A stretch of DNA of 64,000 nucleotides from Candidatus Hydrothermarchaeum profundi. Its GTDB lineage: Archaea > Hydrothermarchaeota > Hydrothermarchaeia > Hydrothermarchaeales > Hydrothermarchaeaceae. Below, piece after piece: positions 19,065-28,359 of the stretch. A program made the position numbers and the translations under genes. Position 1 is the stretch's first letter. Each line of letters opens with the position of its first letter. Where the stretch lies: the NCBI GenBank assembly GCA_002011125.2, contig MTMF02000009.1, forward strand, positions 1,160,989 to 1,224,988. The letters run 5' to 3'. Under the pieces are notes generated by a model. It worked only from the letters and a program-made list of their open reading frames with translations, searched no databases and had not been told where the DNA came from.

Positions 19065-20141
19065 TTACGAGAAATCAGCAAGTGAAGTCTGGTTTTCTCC
19101 GATTTTTAAGAGTCCTGAGACACGCACTCCTAGTAATCTAATCTTTTTCTCCTTGTCAAGAAACTCTCTACTAAGGTCTCTAACAATACTTGATAATGTA
19201 GTTAAGTTAGAAGTATGATGCTCCAATGTTCTAGACCTAGTGTATGTAGTAAAGTCCTCGAGCCGTACCTTTAAAGTAATAGTTCTGTATAGATACCTCT
19301 TCCGCTGAATATCTTCAGAAACCTTTTTAGTGAGTTCGTCTAGAGTATTGTATATTTCCGAAGGTTCTAAAGTATCATGCTCAAAGGTCGTTTCCCTACC
19401 AATGGATTTTTGATCTTTTCTTTCTCTAACCTCTCTCTCGTCAATTCCCAGTGCAAGTCTATGCAACTCGTAGCCCCACCTACCAAACTCAGAGATGAGT
19501 AGCTGCCCGTCCATTTCTGCCAGCTGGCCTATTGTTTTAATACCCTTATCTTTCAATATAGCTTCAGTTTTAGGCCCTACTCCAGGTATGCATCGAACTG
19601 GTAGAGGCGACAGAAACTGAGATACTTCTTCTGGCTTTACAATGGTTAAGCCGTTAGGCTTATTAACGTCACTGGCTATCTTAGCTACTAATTTATTAGG
19701 CCCGATTCCTATAGAGCATGTTAGTTTTTCCTTTCTTTTTATCTCAGCCTTAATCTTTTTAGCTAGCTTCTCAGCTTCCTTGTAGTCTTTAACCTTCCCT
19801 GTGACATCTAAATATGCCTCATCAATACTAACCTGCTGAAACTTGTAGGCGTATTTCTGCAGAATCGCCATAATATTCTGTGAGACTCTTCTGTAAAACT
19901 CGTAATTTACAGGTAGGAAAACAGCATGTGGTATAAGGCGATATGCTTTTGAGATAGGCATACCGCTTCTCACTCCATGTCTTCTTGCCTCATAAGAGCA
20001 GGTGCTGACTACACCTCTACCTTTGCCGCCTTTCGGGTCTGCTCCAACGATTACAGGTTTACCAGCGTATTCAGGGTTCTCTCTGACTTCTATTGACGAA
20101 AAGAAACTGTCCATATCGACGTGTAATATTATCCTCATCAT
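19065..20141 (-). CDS. dinB: Y-family DNA polymerase IV (DinB/Dpo4)
   Basis: HVDMDSFF, SYEAR, SIDEAYLD, KIASD..KPNG, little-finger RLLGV; start moved to MMRII. Confidence 0.95.
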   Translation of the reverse strand: MMRIILHVDMDSFFSSIEVRENPEYAGKPVIVGADPKGGKGRGVVSTCSYEARRHGVRSGMPISKAYRLIPHAVFLPVNYEFYRRVSQNIMAILQKYAYKFQQVSIDEAYLDVTGKVKDYKEAEKLAKKIKAEIKRKEKLTCSIGIGPNKLVAKIASDVNKPNGLTIVKPEEVSQFLSPLPVRCIPGVGPKTEAILKDKGIKTIGQLAEMDGQLLISEFGRWGYELHRLALGIDEREVRERKDQKSIGRETTFEHDTLEPSEIYNTLDELTKKVSEDIQRKRYLYRTITLKVRLEDFTTYTRSRTLEHHTSNLTTLSSIVRDLSREFLDKEKKIRLLGVRVSGLLKIGENQTSLADFS

Positions 20142-20404
20142 ACTAATAATAAAAAACTGGCAAATGAAAAACAACAAAATACTGTAATGTTATAGCGTAT
20201 TATATCAAGGGTTGGGTAATAATTTATGTTTGCCTGCAATGCGTCTTGATATTCTAATTTTAGTGGGGAAATAAGTATCGAGGAGCACATAAAGACCTAC
20301 ATTTGGAACGTGAGAGCTATTATTGCATAAAGGTTCTTAATACATGCCCCTTAATTTGTGGGTTACTGTAGAATGTTTAAACGTTCAATTAAAGTCGTGG
20401 GTCT

Positions 20405-21001
20405 TTGGTTAAGAAATACACAGAAAAGGACGAAAAACCGATCCCACAGGTTGCAGGGATGTTCCGAGGGCTCTCTTCACCACCCTTTATTATGTCCATC
20501 ATTCAGAAGTTGATGGATGCTCGCGGACAACGGCATCTTGCTTATATGCTTCAATTTATGGGTCCACGTTCGACAGAAAAGTACTGGGAGCTGGTTGAGG
20601 CCCGCACAGAGTACCGGGCAAATTTTCATCATTTGCTGGATGAGGGAGGCTTTGACGCTATTATCTGTCCACCAGTGGCACTTCCGGCTCTTACTCACGG
20701 AAGCAGTGAACACCTTTTCCCGGCTCTTAGTTACGCATTTATGTATAATGTGATCGGAGCACCGGCGGGGGTGGTGGCTGTTACTCGGGTGCGTCCCGGA
20801 GAAGAAAGTGATCGGGTAGTCAGCAAAGACATGGCAGACATTACTGCGCAAGCCGTGGAGCGGGGTAGTACCGGCCTGCCTGTGGGAGTACAAGTTGTTG
20901 CCCGGCATTGGCAGGAAGACATTGTCCTGGCAGTGATGGCAGCCATAGAAGATGTTGTAAAGAAAAAACCAGATTACCCTAAGACCCCAACGATGTGTTG
21001 A
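20405..21001 (+). pseudogene. C-terminal fragment of an amidase-signature family enzyme
   Basis: FDAIICP, YNVIGAPAG, GLPVGVQVVARHWQEDIVL; the GGSSGG signature and N-terminal half are absent, no good start; GC-richer than flanks. Confidence 0.75.
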
Positions 21002-21094
21002 TTAAATTGTACTTTGAGAAAAGGGAGGATACTTGGCACATAGATATTTAGGCCGTATTTGCTTAAAATAAGCATGTGCTTTGATAAAGGATTT

Positions 21095-21111
21095 TAATGA
21101 GCGTCGGGGAC
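21095..21111. repeat. 17-bp direct repeat of the tRNA-Ser 3' end and trailer (att-like site)
   Basis: TAATGAGCGTCGGGGAC at 21095-21111 is identical to 23018-23034. Confidence 0.8.
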
Positions 21112-21425
21112 TAGGTAATACTCAGGTCTGAACTCATAACCCCTTCATCATTCGTCAAATCTATGGTCTTCTCTAAGTCTTGAACTTTTTATTAGTCTTA
21201 GTTCTTTTCTTGCTTAAAGAAAAGCATTTTGAGTTAATTCTGAGGTGAAAACGTAACAAAATAAAAGAATCAAAACCGATAATTGTGGAAAGAGTTGCTT
21301 GGCCATTCTCTCGATTCTCCAGCCCTCGGCCTAGACCTTCAGTTCTATAGATGGGACGGAGAGAATTAAGAAAAAAGGGGAAAAATGTGTTTATCTGGAG
21401 AAGTCATAATTCGTAAGTCTTAAAG

Positions 21426-22451
21426 TTAAGCATTCATCTTCAGCTTTACGAATTCCTTGAAGATATTCTGTATCTCTGGAAAAGTCCTCACCTCTCTCTT
21501 CATTATTTTCTTATGAATCTCCTCTAATATGGCGCTGTGCTGCTCAAGATACACCTCATACAGGAGATCCATTATGGGCTTATAGTTCTCCTTGTTTCCC
21601 TCTGCAACAGCGTCGAGATATCTCTCTCTGTGCTCCAGCCCTAGATAAAGCGCGGGATACCCATGCTTCTCAAGCACAAAATTGTTCAGAGCCCTTGCAA
21701 TTCTCCCATTTCCATCCACAAAAGGATGTATCGTCACAAATTTTGTATGCAGCAGGACTGCAAGTTCGAAGGGGTGCATCCTCCTCCTATTCTCCCTGTA
21801 CCACCTTATTAATTTCTTCATGAGTTCTGGCACCTCAAAGGCAGGGGGCGGTTCGTGCTCAGCCTTCTCAATCAATACCTGAATCTTCCTGTACTCCCCA
21901 GGCGCATCAAGCAGGTTCCCCATGATGATCCCATGGATCTTCTTTATCAGTTTCTCCGAGACATCTCCCTTATACCTGCTGAGGAACCCTCTAAGGCTCC
22001 TGAAGTTTACAATCTCATAAACTTCTCTGAGAGACTTCCCTGGCGGGGTGACATCGTGCTCTAAAAGCTCTTCAGCCTGCCTCAGAGTTAGGGTGTTACC
22101 CTCTATGGCCGTAGTACCTTGAACGTAGCGGGCAAAGGAGGACTGCTCGTACCTCCTTAGCTCATCAGGGTAATGCCTCCCAAAGAGCTGGTAGCTGTAA
22201 TGGAGAGCCTCAATGTCGAGGGTTTTCCTATCGTCAAGATATTTTCGTTGCTTTTTAAGCCAGAAGTCTGTGAAGGTTTTTAACCTGATTATCTGATATT
22301 TTGTGAGTTTATCAAAAAAGCGTCTTGGAGTTGTTTTCTCCAATCTACCAATATAAAAGGATATTACTTTGCTTTTATCGTTAACCTTCACTTTATCTTT
22401 GATATAGATGTATTTTTTATCTTTAATCCTCTTTATCTCAAGTTTTAACAT
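21426..22451 (-). CDS. Fic-domain protein (AMPylase family)
   Basis: HPFVDGNGRIAR catalytic motif; TTAIEGN inhibitory motif; Lys/Tyr-rich N-terminal extension. Confidence 0.92.
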   Translation of the reverse strand: MLKLEIKRIKDKKYIYIKDKVKVNDKSKVISFYIGRLEKTTPRRFFDKLTKYQIIRLKTFTDFWLKKQRKYLDDRKTLDIEALHYSYQLFGRHYPDELRRYEQSSFARYVQGTTAIEGNTLTLRQAEELLEHDVTPPGKSLREVYEIVNFRSLRGFLSRYKGDVSEKLIKKIHGIIMGNLLDAPGEYRKIQVLIEKAEHEPPPAFEVPELMKKLIRWYRENRRRMHPFELAVLLHTKFVTIHPFVDGNGRIARALNNFVLEKHGYPALYLGLEHRERYLDAVAEGNKENYKPIMDLLYEVYLEQHSAILEEIHKKIMKREVRTFPEIQNIFKEFVKLKMNA

Positions 22452-22610
22452 ATAATCTATAAATTAATTTAACTTTGAAAAAAATAGATAAATCTGGTTA
22501 ACTAACAGCTTCGCAACTATCACGTCGCCGTTGAGGTCGAGCTGAGACCCCGGCAAGAGGATACTTCGAGAAGACCATTTAGGACTCTATTCACCTCCTG
22601 GAAACTCTTC

Positions 22611-22990
22611 TTAGCAACCTTCCCAGTAACGTTTCAAGTATTCACTATTCACCGTTCCTTGGGTATCAGCGACGATTAAATCATCACTCTCACGATCATG
22701 CAGGTATTTCAGAGTATCCACAAAGGGGGCATCAAAAAGCTCGGCATCCCCGCCATCCTCTAGCCTGATGTTACGCTCCAGACTTGGCCTCACATAACTA
22801 TTGCAGTGTAGGCGGTGTAGAAGCTGCGAAGCCTCCTCTATTCTTCCATTAATCGCTACAGGGAGCAACAGGCGTTTTTCACCTCCGCTAATATTGAGGT
22901 AAACTGCTGATAAAATTATGTTCTCTAGGGCCTCCTCAACTCGAGTTTGGAATTCTATTGCGGTTTCCTTCAGCCTTCTCTTTCTAGTTA
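22611..22990 (-). pseudogene. Unassigned ORF fragment inside the tRNA-Ser element
   Basis: Frame stays open upstream of the TTG at 22868 (..RKRRLKETAIEFQTRVEEALENIILSAVYLNISGGEKRLLLPVAING..) but lacks a proper start; no family recognised. Confidence 0.35.
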
Positions 22991-23024
22991 ATTAAAGGGT
23001 AAGGCTTTGTTTGCAGCTAATGAG

Positions 23025-23109
23025 CGTCGGGGACGGGATTTGAACCCGTGCGGACCTAAGGTCCATCAGCTTAGCAGGCTGACGCCATACCTGGCTTGGC
23101 TACCCCGAC
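23025..23109 (-). tRNA. tRNA-Ser(GCT)
   Basis: Cloverleaf: acceptor GTCGGGG/CCCCGAC, anticodon arm TCAGC-CTGCTAA-GCTGA, long variable arm GGACC-TTA-GGTCC, T-loop GGTTCAAATCC; CCA not encoded. Confidence 0.96.
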
Positions 23110-23113
23110 ATTT

Positions 23114-23425
23114 GCGGGCACGTCCAGAGGTGAGCCTCTCTCCCTTAGGCCAGTTGTCCAAGCCCTAACTCGGTCCCGCGACCCTACAAGCATCAGCTGT
23201 CCCGTCTACCGTTGCTCCCTTCCGGGCCTAGCGGGTTCGACGGGTTAAACCGCTTCTCCTCAGCCTTCCAGCTGGTTAAAGCGGCACCGCTGATCCTGTA
23301 GGACGAGACTTCAACGCTCGGGCTTGGGCTGACCAAAGGTCAAGAAAACCGCCCTCTGGACTTCGACCCCTGCATATCGACGATTTCAGGTTACAGGGGA
23401 CGCCGAACCCCCCGGTCTAGCCCGC
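23114..23425 (-). ncRNA. ffs: Archaeal SRP RNA (7S RNA)
   Basis: 5' GCGGGCTAGACCGGGGGGTTCGGCGTCCCCTGTAACC Alu-domain pattern, helix 8 AGGCCCGGAAGGGAGCA, terminal helix GCGGG/CCCGC, about 312 nt. Confidence 0.93.
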
Positions 23426-23449
23426 TTATTAAAAAGAGAATGTTAACCA

Positions 23450-23464
23450 TTTTAACTTTTTCGG
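23450..23464 (-). promoter_or_regulatory. BRE-TATA promoter of the SRP RNA/tRNA-Ser unit
   Basis: Minus strand CCGAAAAAG-TTAAAA about 25 nt upstream of the SRP RNA 5' end. Confidence 0.65.
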
Positions 23465-23495
23465 CGTTACAGCTATTTTTCAGCGTGACTTATAA

Positions 23496-25124
23496 TTAAT
23501 CTGTGAAGAGCTCTATGATGTTAAATTTTTCCACATCAAATAGTCCTCTATCAGTAATCTTTATTTCCGGAATCACGGTTAAACTCATAAAGGATAAGGT
23601 TATAAACGGCGAACTTAAACTTGATCCGAGTGAATGTGCTAGGCGCTTTAATTCTCTATAAATTTGGGCTGTAGCTCTGTGGTCTCTATTACTCATAAGT
23701 CCTCCTACTGGCAGTGATAAAACCAATTCTTTTTCTTTTGATACCACGCACAGACCTCCTTTAGAGCGAATAACTAAATTAATTGCACGGGAAATATCTT
23801 CGTCAGTGACTCCAACAGCTATTATATTATGGGAATCATGACTTATGCTTGTTGCGATAGCTCCTTCTTTAAGGCCAAAATTTTTAATAAAACCAATTCC
23901 CATGCTCTTTTTCCCGTATCGATTTAAAACTGCTATCTTGAGAATATCTCTTTCAATGTCAGATATCACTAGTCCATTTTTAACCGTAGGAGTTGTGATT
24001 AGTCTGCGTGTTAGTAATTGGCCATTCTGAGCTTCGATTACATTGATTTTGTCTCCTGCATATTCTAATCGAAGATTTGTAGTTTCTACTTTTTCAGCTT
24101 TGAAGTTGTTTATAGTCTGACAGAAGCGCCAAGGGATAAGAGTCTTCCCTTTTTTACTTACAATTTCACCGTTAATATAAGTCTCTAATACATTAAATTC
24201 CTCATCTACTACAACAAAATCAGCGCAATCATTTATTTGAAGCAATCCCACATCGAGGTTGTAGTGTTTTATAGGGCATACACTAGCAGAATATAGGACT
24301 TTTAGGGGGTCTATTCCATATTCTATTGCTTTTTTAACCATTTCATTTACATGTCCTTTTATTAAGTCGTCAGGGTGAATATCATCAGTGCAGAACATAC
24401 AACTTTTATAGTATTTATCGACCAACGATATCAGTTCATCTAGATTTCGTGAAGCAGAGCCCTCTCTTATCTGAATTTTTACTCCAAGCTTTATTTTCTC
24501 TAACGCTTCATCTTTATCTACTACTTCATGATCCGTAGATATCCCCGCGGCTGCGTATTCCCTTAATAGCCTACCCCTTAGTCCTGGAGCATGTCCATCT
24601 ATAGGCTTACTATTTCTTCTTGCAGCATTTATTTTTGCAATAATTTCAGGGTTCCCTTCTAGCACTCCAGGAAAATCCATAACTTCTCCTAGAAATTTTA
24701 TCTCGTCTAATTTGAGAAGGCCATCTACCTCAACACTATTTAGAGTCGCTCCACTACTTTCAAATGGCGATGCAGGGACGCATGATGGTGCACCAAAATA
24801 GAATTTGAAAGGAGTAAGAGAGGCATTTTCAATCATATATCTAACTCCTCTCACCCCAAGGACATTTGCAATCTCATGAGGGTCTGATAATGCAACTATA
24901 GTACCATGGGTCACAGCTAATCTCGCAAACTCTAATGGAAGAAGCATTGAACTCTCTATATGTACATGGGAGTCTACAAACCCGGGTATTATGTAATTTT
25001 TATATGTACCGCTAGTTTCTCGGATGTCTTTTATTTTACCATTCGAGATCTTTATTTTACCCGGATATATCTCTAAGTTTAGAACATCTATAATATTGCC
25101 TGAAATTATCTTAGTGTTCTCCAT
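23496..25124 (-). CDS. ade: Adenine deaminase
   Basis: PGFVDSHVHIESS, DPHEIANV, DGHAPG, TDHE, IREGS, CTDD, HDSHN. Confidence 0.95.
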   Translation of the reverse strand: MENTKIISGNIIDVLNLEIYPGKIKISNGKIKDIRETSGTYKNYIIPGFVDSHVHIESSMLLPLEFARLAVTHGTIVALSDPHEIANVLGVRGVRYMIENASLTPFKFYFGAPSCVPASPFESSGATLNSVEVDGLLKLDEIKFLGEVMDFPGVLEGNPEIIAKINAARRNSKPIDGHAPGLRGRLLREYAAAGISTDHEVVDKDEALEKIKLGVKIQIREGSASRNLDELISLVDKYYKSCMFCTDDIHPDDLIKGHVNEMVKKAIEYGIDPLKVLYSASVCPIKHYNLDVGLLQINDCADFVVVDEEFNVLETYINGEIVSKKGKTLIPWRFCQTINNFKAEKVETTNLRLEYAGDKINVIEAQNGQLLTRRLITTPTVKNGLVISDIERDILKIAVLNRYGKKSMGIGFIKNFGLKEGAIATSISHDSHNIIAVGVTDEDISRAINLVIRSKGGLCVVSKEKELVLSLPVGGLMSNRDHRATAQIYRELKRLAHSLGSSLSSPFITLSFMSLTVIPEIKITDRGLFDVEKFNIIELFTD

Positions 25125-25141
25125 AATAATAGGAAGGAGTT

Positions 25142-25687
25142 CTAAATTTTATTATATCTAGGTGAAGTGAGATTTAAAGCGGAGATTGTTACACAAAACA
25201 CAGATAACGGAGTAGTTAACAGAAATCCAAAGGTTGTATAGCTTCCAATAGCTCCTAACATCCATACCACAATAGCTAATATTATGGTGAATGACAGATT
25301 AGAGGTCCCTAAGATGTAACTTTTCTTCAGCGAATCTATTGCACTAAGTCGCTCGTTTACGGCAATAGGTATTGCGTATATAAATAGAGCAGCTATTAGT
25401 AATCCGGGCAATATTAGAAAAACAAGCCCTACTGCTATTGCTAGGATTGCAAGGATGCTCATAATCCAGCTTGTTCCAAAGAAGTCAAAACCCCTGAATA
25501 TATGTGCGACCTGTATTTCCTCTCCTCTTATTGCCTTCACTGCCATAATATAGATGCCGAATAGAAGAGGAGGCGCGGTAATTATTAGAAGAGATCCTAT
25601 AGCAAATACCATTGTTGCAAGGATCATAGAGACCCAAGTTCTCTTCAATACTTCAAATGACTCTTTTAAAACGTCTTCTATCTTCAT
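25142..25687 (-). CDS. Integral membrane protein of unknown function
   Basis: Four to five hydrophobic segments; AIDSLKKSY motif typical of DUF975-like membrane proteins. Confidence 0.65.
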   Translation of the reverse strand: MKIEDVLKESFEVLKRTWVSMILATMVFAIGSLLIITAPPLLFGIYIMAVKAIRGEEIQVAHIFRGFDFFGTSWIMSILAILAIAVGLVFLILPGLLIAALFIYAIPIAVNERLSAIDSLKKSYILGTSNLSFTIILAIVVWMLGAIGSYTTFGFLLTTPLSVFCVTISALNLTSPRYNKI

Positions 25688-25722
25688 TTTAGCTTTTATT
25701 TCCGCAATTGGGGTTTTCTATA

Positions 25723-27294
25723 TCAAGAGATATCTGCCTCTATTGTGATAAATACTGGCCCTCTAATATCGATTTTCTTATTTTTGCCTTGTATGTAGCG
25801 GAGTGCCAAGGGATCTAATGATAAATTTATATCGCTTAGGCTTTTTACGATAGGTACGCGAACTTTGACTCCTAAGGTGCCAGATGATAGCCCTTTTTCT
25901 ATTTTATATGCTGCCAAGAGAGCAATTGAGTCAAGGTATCTTATATTGCAGTTAATGCCTTTAGACCTCAGTTCTATTTTTTTCTCTGGGGGGATTCCAT
26001 AAATGTTTCCTTCATTTACATAAATCTCATTCAACGCAGCCGGTCCTAGTAATCTTTTGCCTTCTTCATTTTCAATGATTCTAACTCTAATGTGTTTTCC
26101 ATTTATTTTGCCTGAAAATACTTCAAATTTACAAGGCCCTACCGCATTGCCGTATTTCTCTCCCCCTTCTATAATTCTCCTCGCTATTTCTTTGCCAATC
26201 TCTGTTTTAGGTTGTCTATCGATTTTAATCATAGAGGCAATCTCCTCATCTTTAAGCTTAAGGTCTAAGTAGAATTGTGGATACACCAGCTCTCTGATAT
26301 CCCTATACCCTTCAAGCACCATAGCTAGTCTCTCTACACCTAGACCGAGATTCATGACAGGATATTCGATACCATATTTTGAGAGAGCTACAGGGCTATA
26401 CATACCAAAGGTGGCGACTTCTACCCATCCTGTTCGCTCGTTATATGCATAGACTTCTGTTTGAGTATTCGGAGCATAATATTTTGACCGTTTTTCATCA
26501 AGCTTAAATTTGAGATCAGTAAACTCGAATTGTTTAAGAAGAGCCTCGGCTACGCCCTTACCGTCTTCAACTCCGATATCTTCTCCCATCACCACACATG
26601 ATGCGGAATGATGAGTGCGTAGGTGGGTTTCATCTTCTTTTTGCTCTCTCCTAAAGCATCTATCAACCGAGAACAGTCTTAAAGGCAGAGGTTTTTTGCC
26701 TACCAGTTTACTAAGCGTTAAAAACCAGCCGCTGGTCATATGAGACCTCAATGTTATCCTCGTTGCTTCTGGCTTGAGGTCTTTGAACTCCGAAAATACC
26801 TCGTCTAAAATCCTAGCGGCAGTAGAGTCGCTAACTTTAAGACTCTCTGCTAACCGATAAATTAAGTCATCTCCAGATATCTCTCCCTTTTTGTAATAGT
26901 GCAATATACCCTGCAGTTTATCTCTCTCGACTTTACCTCCCATCTCTTTTATTTTTTCAATCTTTTCCTCGCTTAAGCCAATATCTGGCCGGGGTAGTCC
27001 GCCTATATAATAGCATCTATCAAGGATAGCATTTGCTTCTGGACCGAACTGCCTTTTTATCTCCTTATCTTCTATGAATAGTGGATTGACTACCTCTTCA
27101 AAACCCATCCTAAGATAGGCTTCCCTAAGCTTTTGAATTGTATTGAAAATAGCATGAGATTTCCCGACAGGTTTATCTGCGGCAGAGTATCTTGAAGAGT
27201 CCCCTTTCCCTAAGAGTTTACTAGTTTCGAGCCATGCTTTTTCAAAGTTTTTCTTAGATTCATCAACAATCTTTTTGCTGTGCCATCTCCCCAT
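25723..27294 (-). CDS. sepS: O-phosphoseryl-tRNA(Cys) synthetase
   Basis: QFGPEA.AILDRCYY.GGLPRP, LRSHMTSGWF, DRCFRREQ.ED, EVATFG.YSP, IDIRGPVF. Confidence 0.96.
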   Translation of the reverse strand: MGRWHSKKIVDESKKNFEKAWLETSKLLGKGDSSRYSAADKPVGKSHAIFNTIQKLREAYLRMGFEEVVNPLFIEDKEIKRQFGPEANAILDRCYYIGGLPRPDIGLSEEKIEKIKEMGGKVERDKLQGILHYYKKGEISGDDLIYRLAESLKVSDSTAARILDEVFSEFKDLKPEATRITLRSHMTSGWFLTLSKLVGKKPLPLRLFSVDRCFRREQKEDETHLRTHHSASCVVMGEDIGVEDGKGVAEALLKQFEFTDLKFKLDEKRSKYYAPNTQTEVYAYNERTGWVEVATFGMYSPVALSKYGIEYPVMNLGLGVERLAMVLEGYRDIRELVYPQFYLDLKLKDEEIASMIKIDRQPKTEIGKEIARRIIEGGEKYGNAVGPCKFEVFSGKINGKHIRVRIIENEEGKRLLGPAALNEIYVNEGNIYGIPPEKKIELRSKGINCNIRYLDSIALLAAYKIEKGLSSGTLGVKVRVPIVKSLSDINLSLDPLALRYIQGKNKKIDIRGPVFITIEADIS

Positions 27295-27884
27295 CAGTCA
27301 TTCTCCAGTTCCTTAATTAGCTTTGTCTGTTTTAAAGCTATGGTCACATCTCCGCGTGTCTTTTCGAGGAGAATCCTCATCATATCCTGCTTTCTCCGTA
27401 TGGGTAGGATAGCAGCAGGATAGTCTAGTGCCATAACACCGTGATAAATTTCATCCATTAAGTCTAAGAAGTAATCTATATCCTCAAATCTATCTCGTCG
27501 AATACAATCTAAGATGTAACGTCTAATTTCTCCAATTGAGTCAGCCATACCGAGTACGTAAGCATTTGAAGGTATTCCTAGGTCAGTAGGGCTTGGGACT
27601 TCTTTTTTATTCAAAAAAGAATAGACCAAGATAGCCTCGCTATACTCTTGAAAAGCCTCTTGAAGAAAGCTGAATTCAAAGTCGGTAGGTTGCAGTTTAC
27701 TTACCATGTTTTTTGCTTTACTAATTAACTCATCTGCTTTTTCATAGTTTTCTTTATGGATCTCCCTGATCGCCTTCGTTGAAAGCCTCCGTATTTCTCT
27801 AGCTTCTTTAAACACGTTTTCTCTCCTTTTGTCTCTAATATCGAGTTCTTCTTTTATTGAACTAATAATACCGTTTAAGTCCAT
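27294..27884 (-). CDS. Translin/TRAX-family protein
   Basis: AFQEYSEA, YVLGMADSIGEIRR, IRRKQD. Confidence 0.88.
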   Translation of the reverse strand: MDLNGIISSIKEELDIRDKRRENVFKEAREIRRLSTKAIREIHKENYEKADELISKAKNMVSKLQPTDFEFSFLQEAFQEYSEAILVYSFLNKKEVPSPTDLGIPSNAYVLGMADSIGEIRRYILDCIRRDRFEDIDYFLDLMDEIYHGVMALDYPAAILPIRRKQDMMRILLEKTRGDVTIALKQTKLIKELEND

Positions 27885-27945
27885 CTCTTACACCTTTTTG
27901 AATTCTCAAAAATAATAATGTTTTGGGCATTAATAAAAATGAGGG

Positions 27946-28350
27946 CTACCTAATTATCTTTCCGATGTACATCTCTTTCGTTATATTCACCGGCTCTACG
28001 TGAGGTATGGCGTCTCCTTTTACAACCAAAGAGCCATCTTCATTGATGGCCACAATTCTCCTTACCAGTAACAGTCCCCTGCCTCCCGAGAAAAGAATTA
28101 CATCTCCAACCTCTAAACTTTCAAATGGCACCTCTTTATAAGTCCACGTAGAATCTTGCATCATAGTGGGCTCCATGCCTTGGTCCACTATTCTTACAAT
28201 CTTTTCGTCACCTTTTATTACATGCAGAAGCCTCAAGATATTAAGGCCCTCACTTTCAGTTGTGATAGCATTTACCACTAAAGCGCTAACAATTAATACG
28301 CCTGCCGCAAGAAATATTGGCTTCTTACTCATTTTTTCACCTTTTTCCAT
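27946..28350 (-). CDS. Signal peptidase I (S26)-like protein lacking catalytic residues
   Basis: N-terminal TM; DQGMEPT (vs SGSMxPT), LEVGDVILF, VRRIV (vs HR/KR), KGD. Confidence 0.65.
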   Translation of the reverse strand: MEKGEKMSKKPIFLAAGVLIVSALVVNAITTESEGLNILRLLHVIKGDEKIVRIVDQGMEPTMMQDSTWTYKEVPFESLEVGDVILFSGGRGLLLVRRIVAINEDGSLVVKGDAIPHVEPVNITKEMYIGKIIR

Positions 28351-28359
28351 AACCCTATA

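Larger units (their letters stand above)
21095..23034. mobile_element. Small decayed integrative-element remnant at tRNA-Ser(GCT)
   Basis: Bounded by the 17-bp att-like repeats; carries a Fic gene and an ORF fragment; no integrase recognisable. Confidence 0.6.

Noticed and set aside
21122-21151. Minus-strand ATGATGA...CTGA pair resembling a C/D sRNA
   Set aside because: Only 19 nt between the boxes, no D'/C' and no recognisable guide; lies in decayed island DNA.
23114-23425. GC-rich RNA considered as RNase P RNA
   Set aside because: Lacks the GAGGAAAGUCC and AGAAxxCGGC P4 motifs; has SRP Alu-domain and helix-8 signatures instead.
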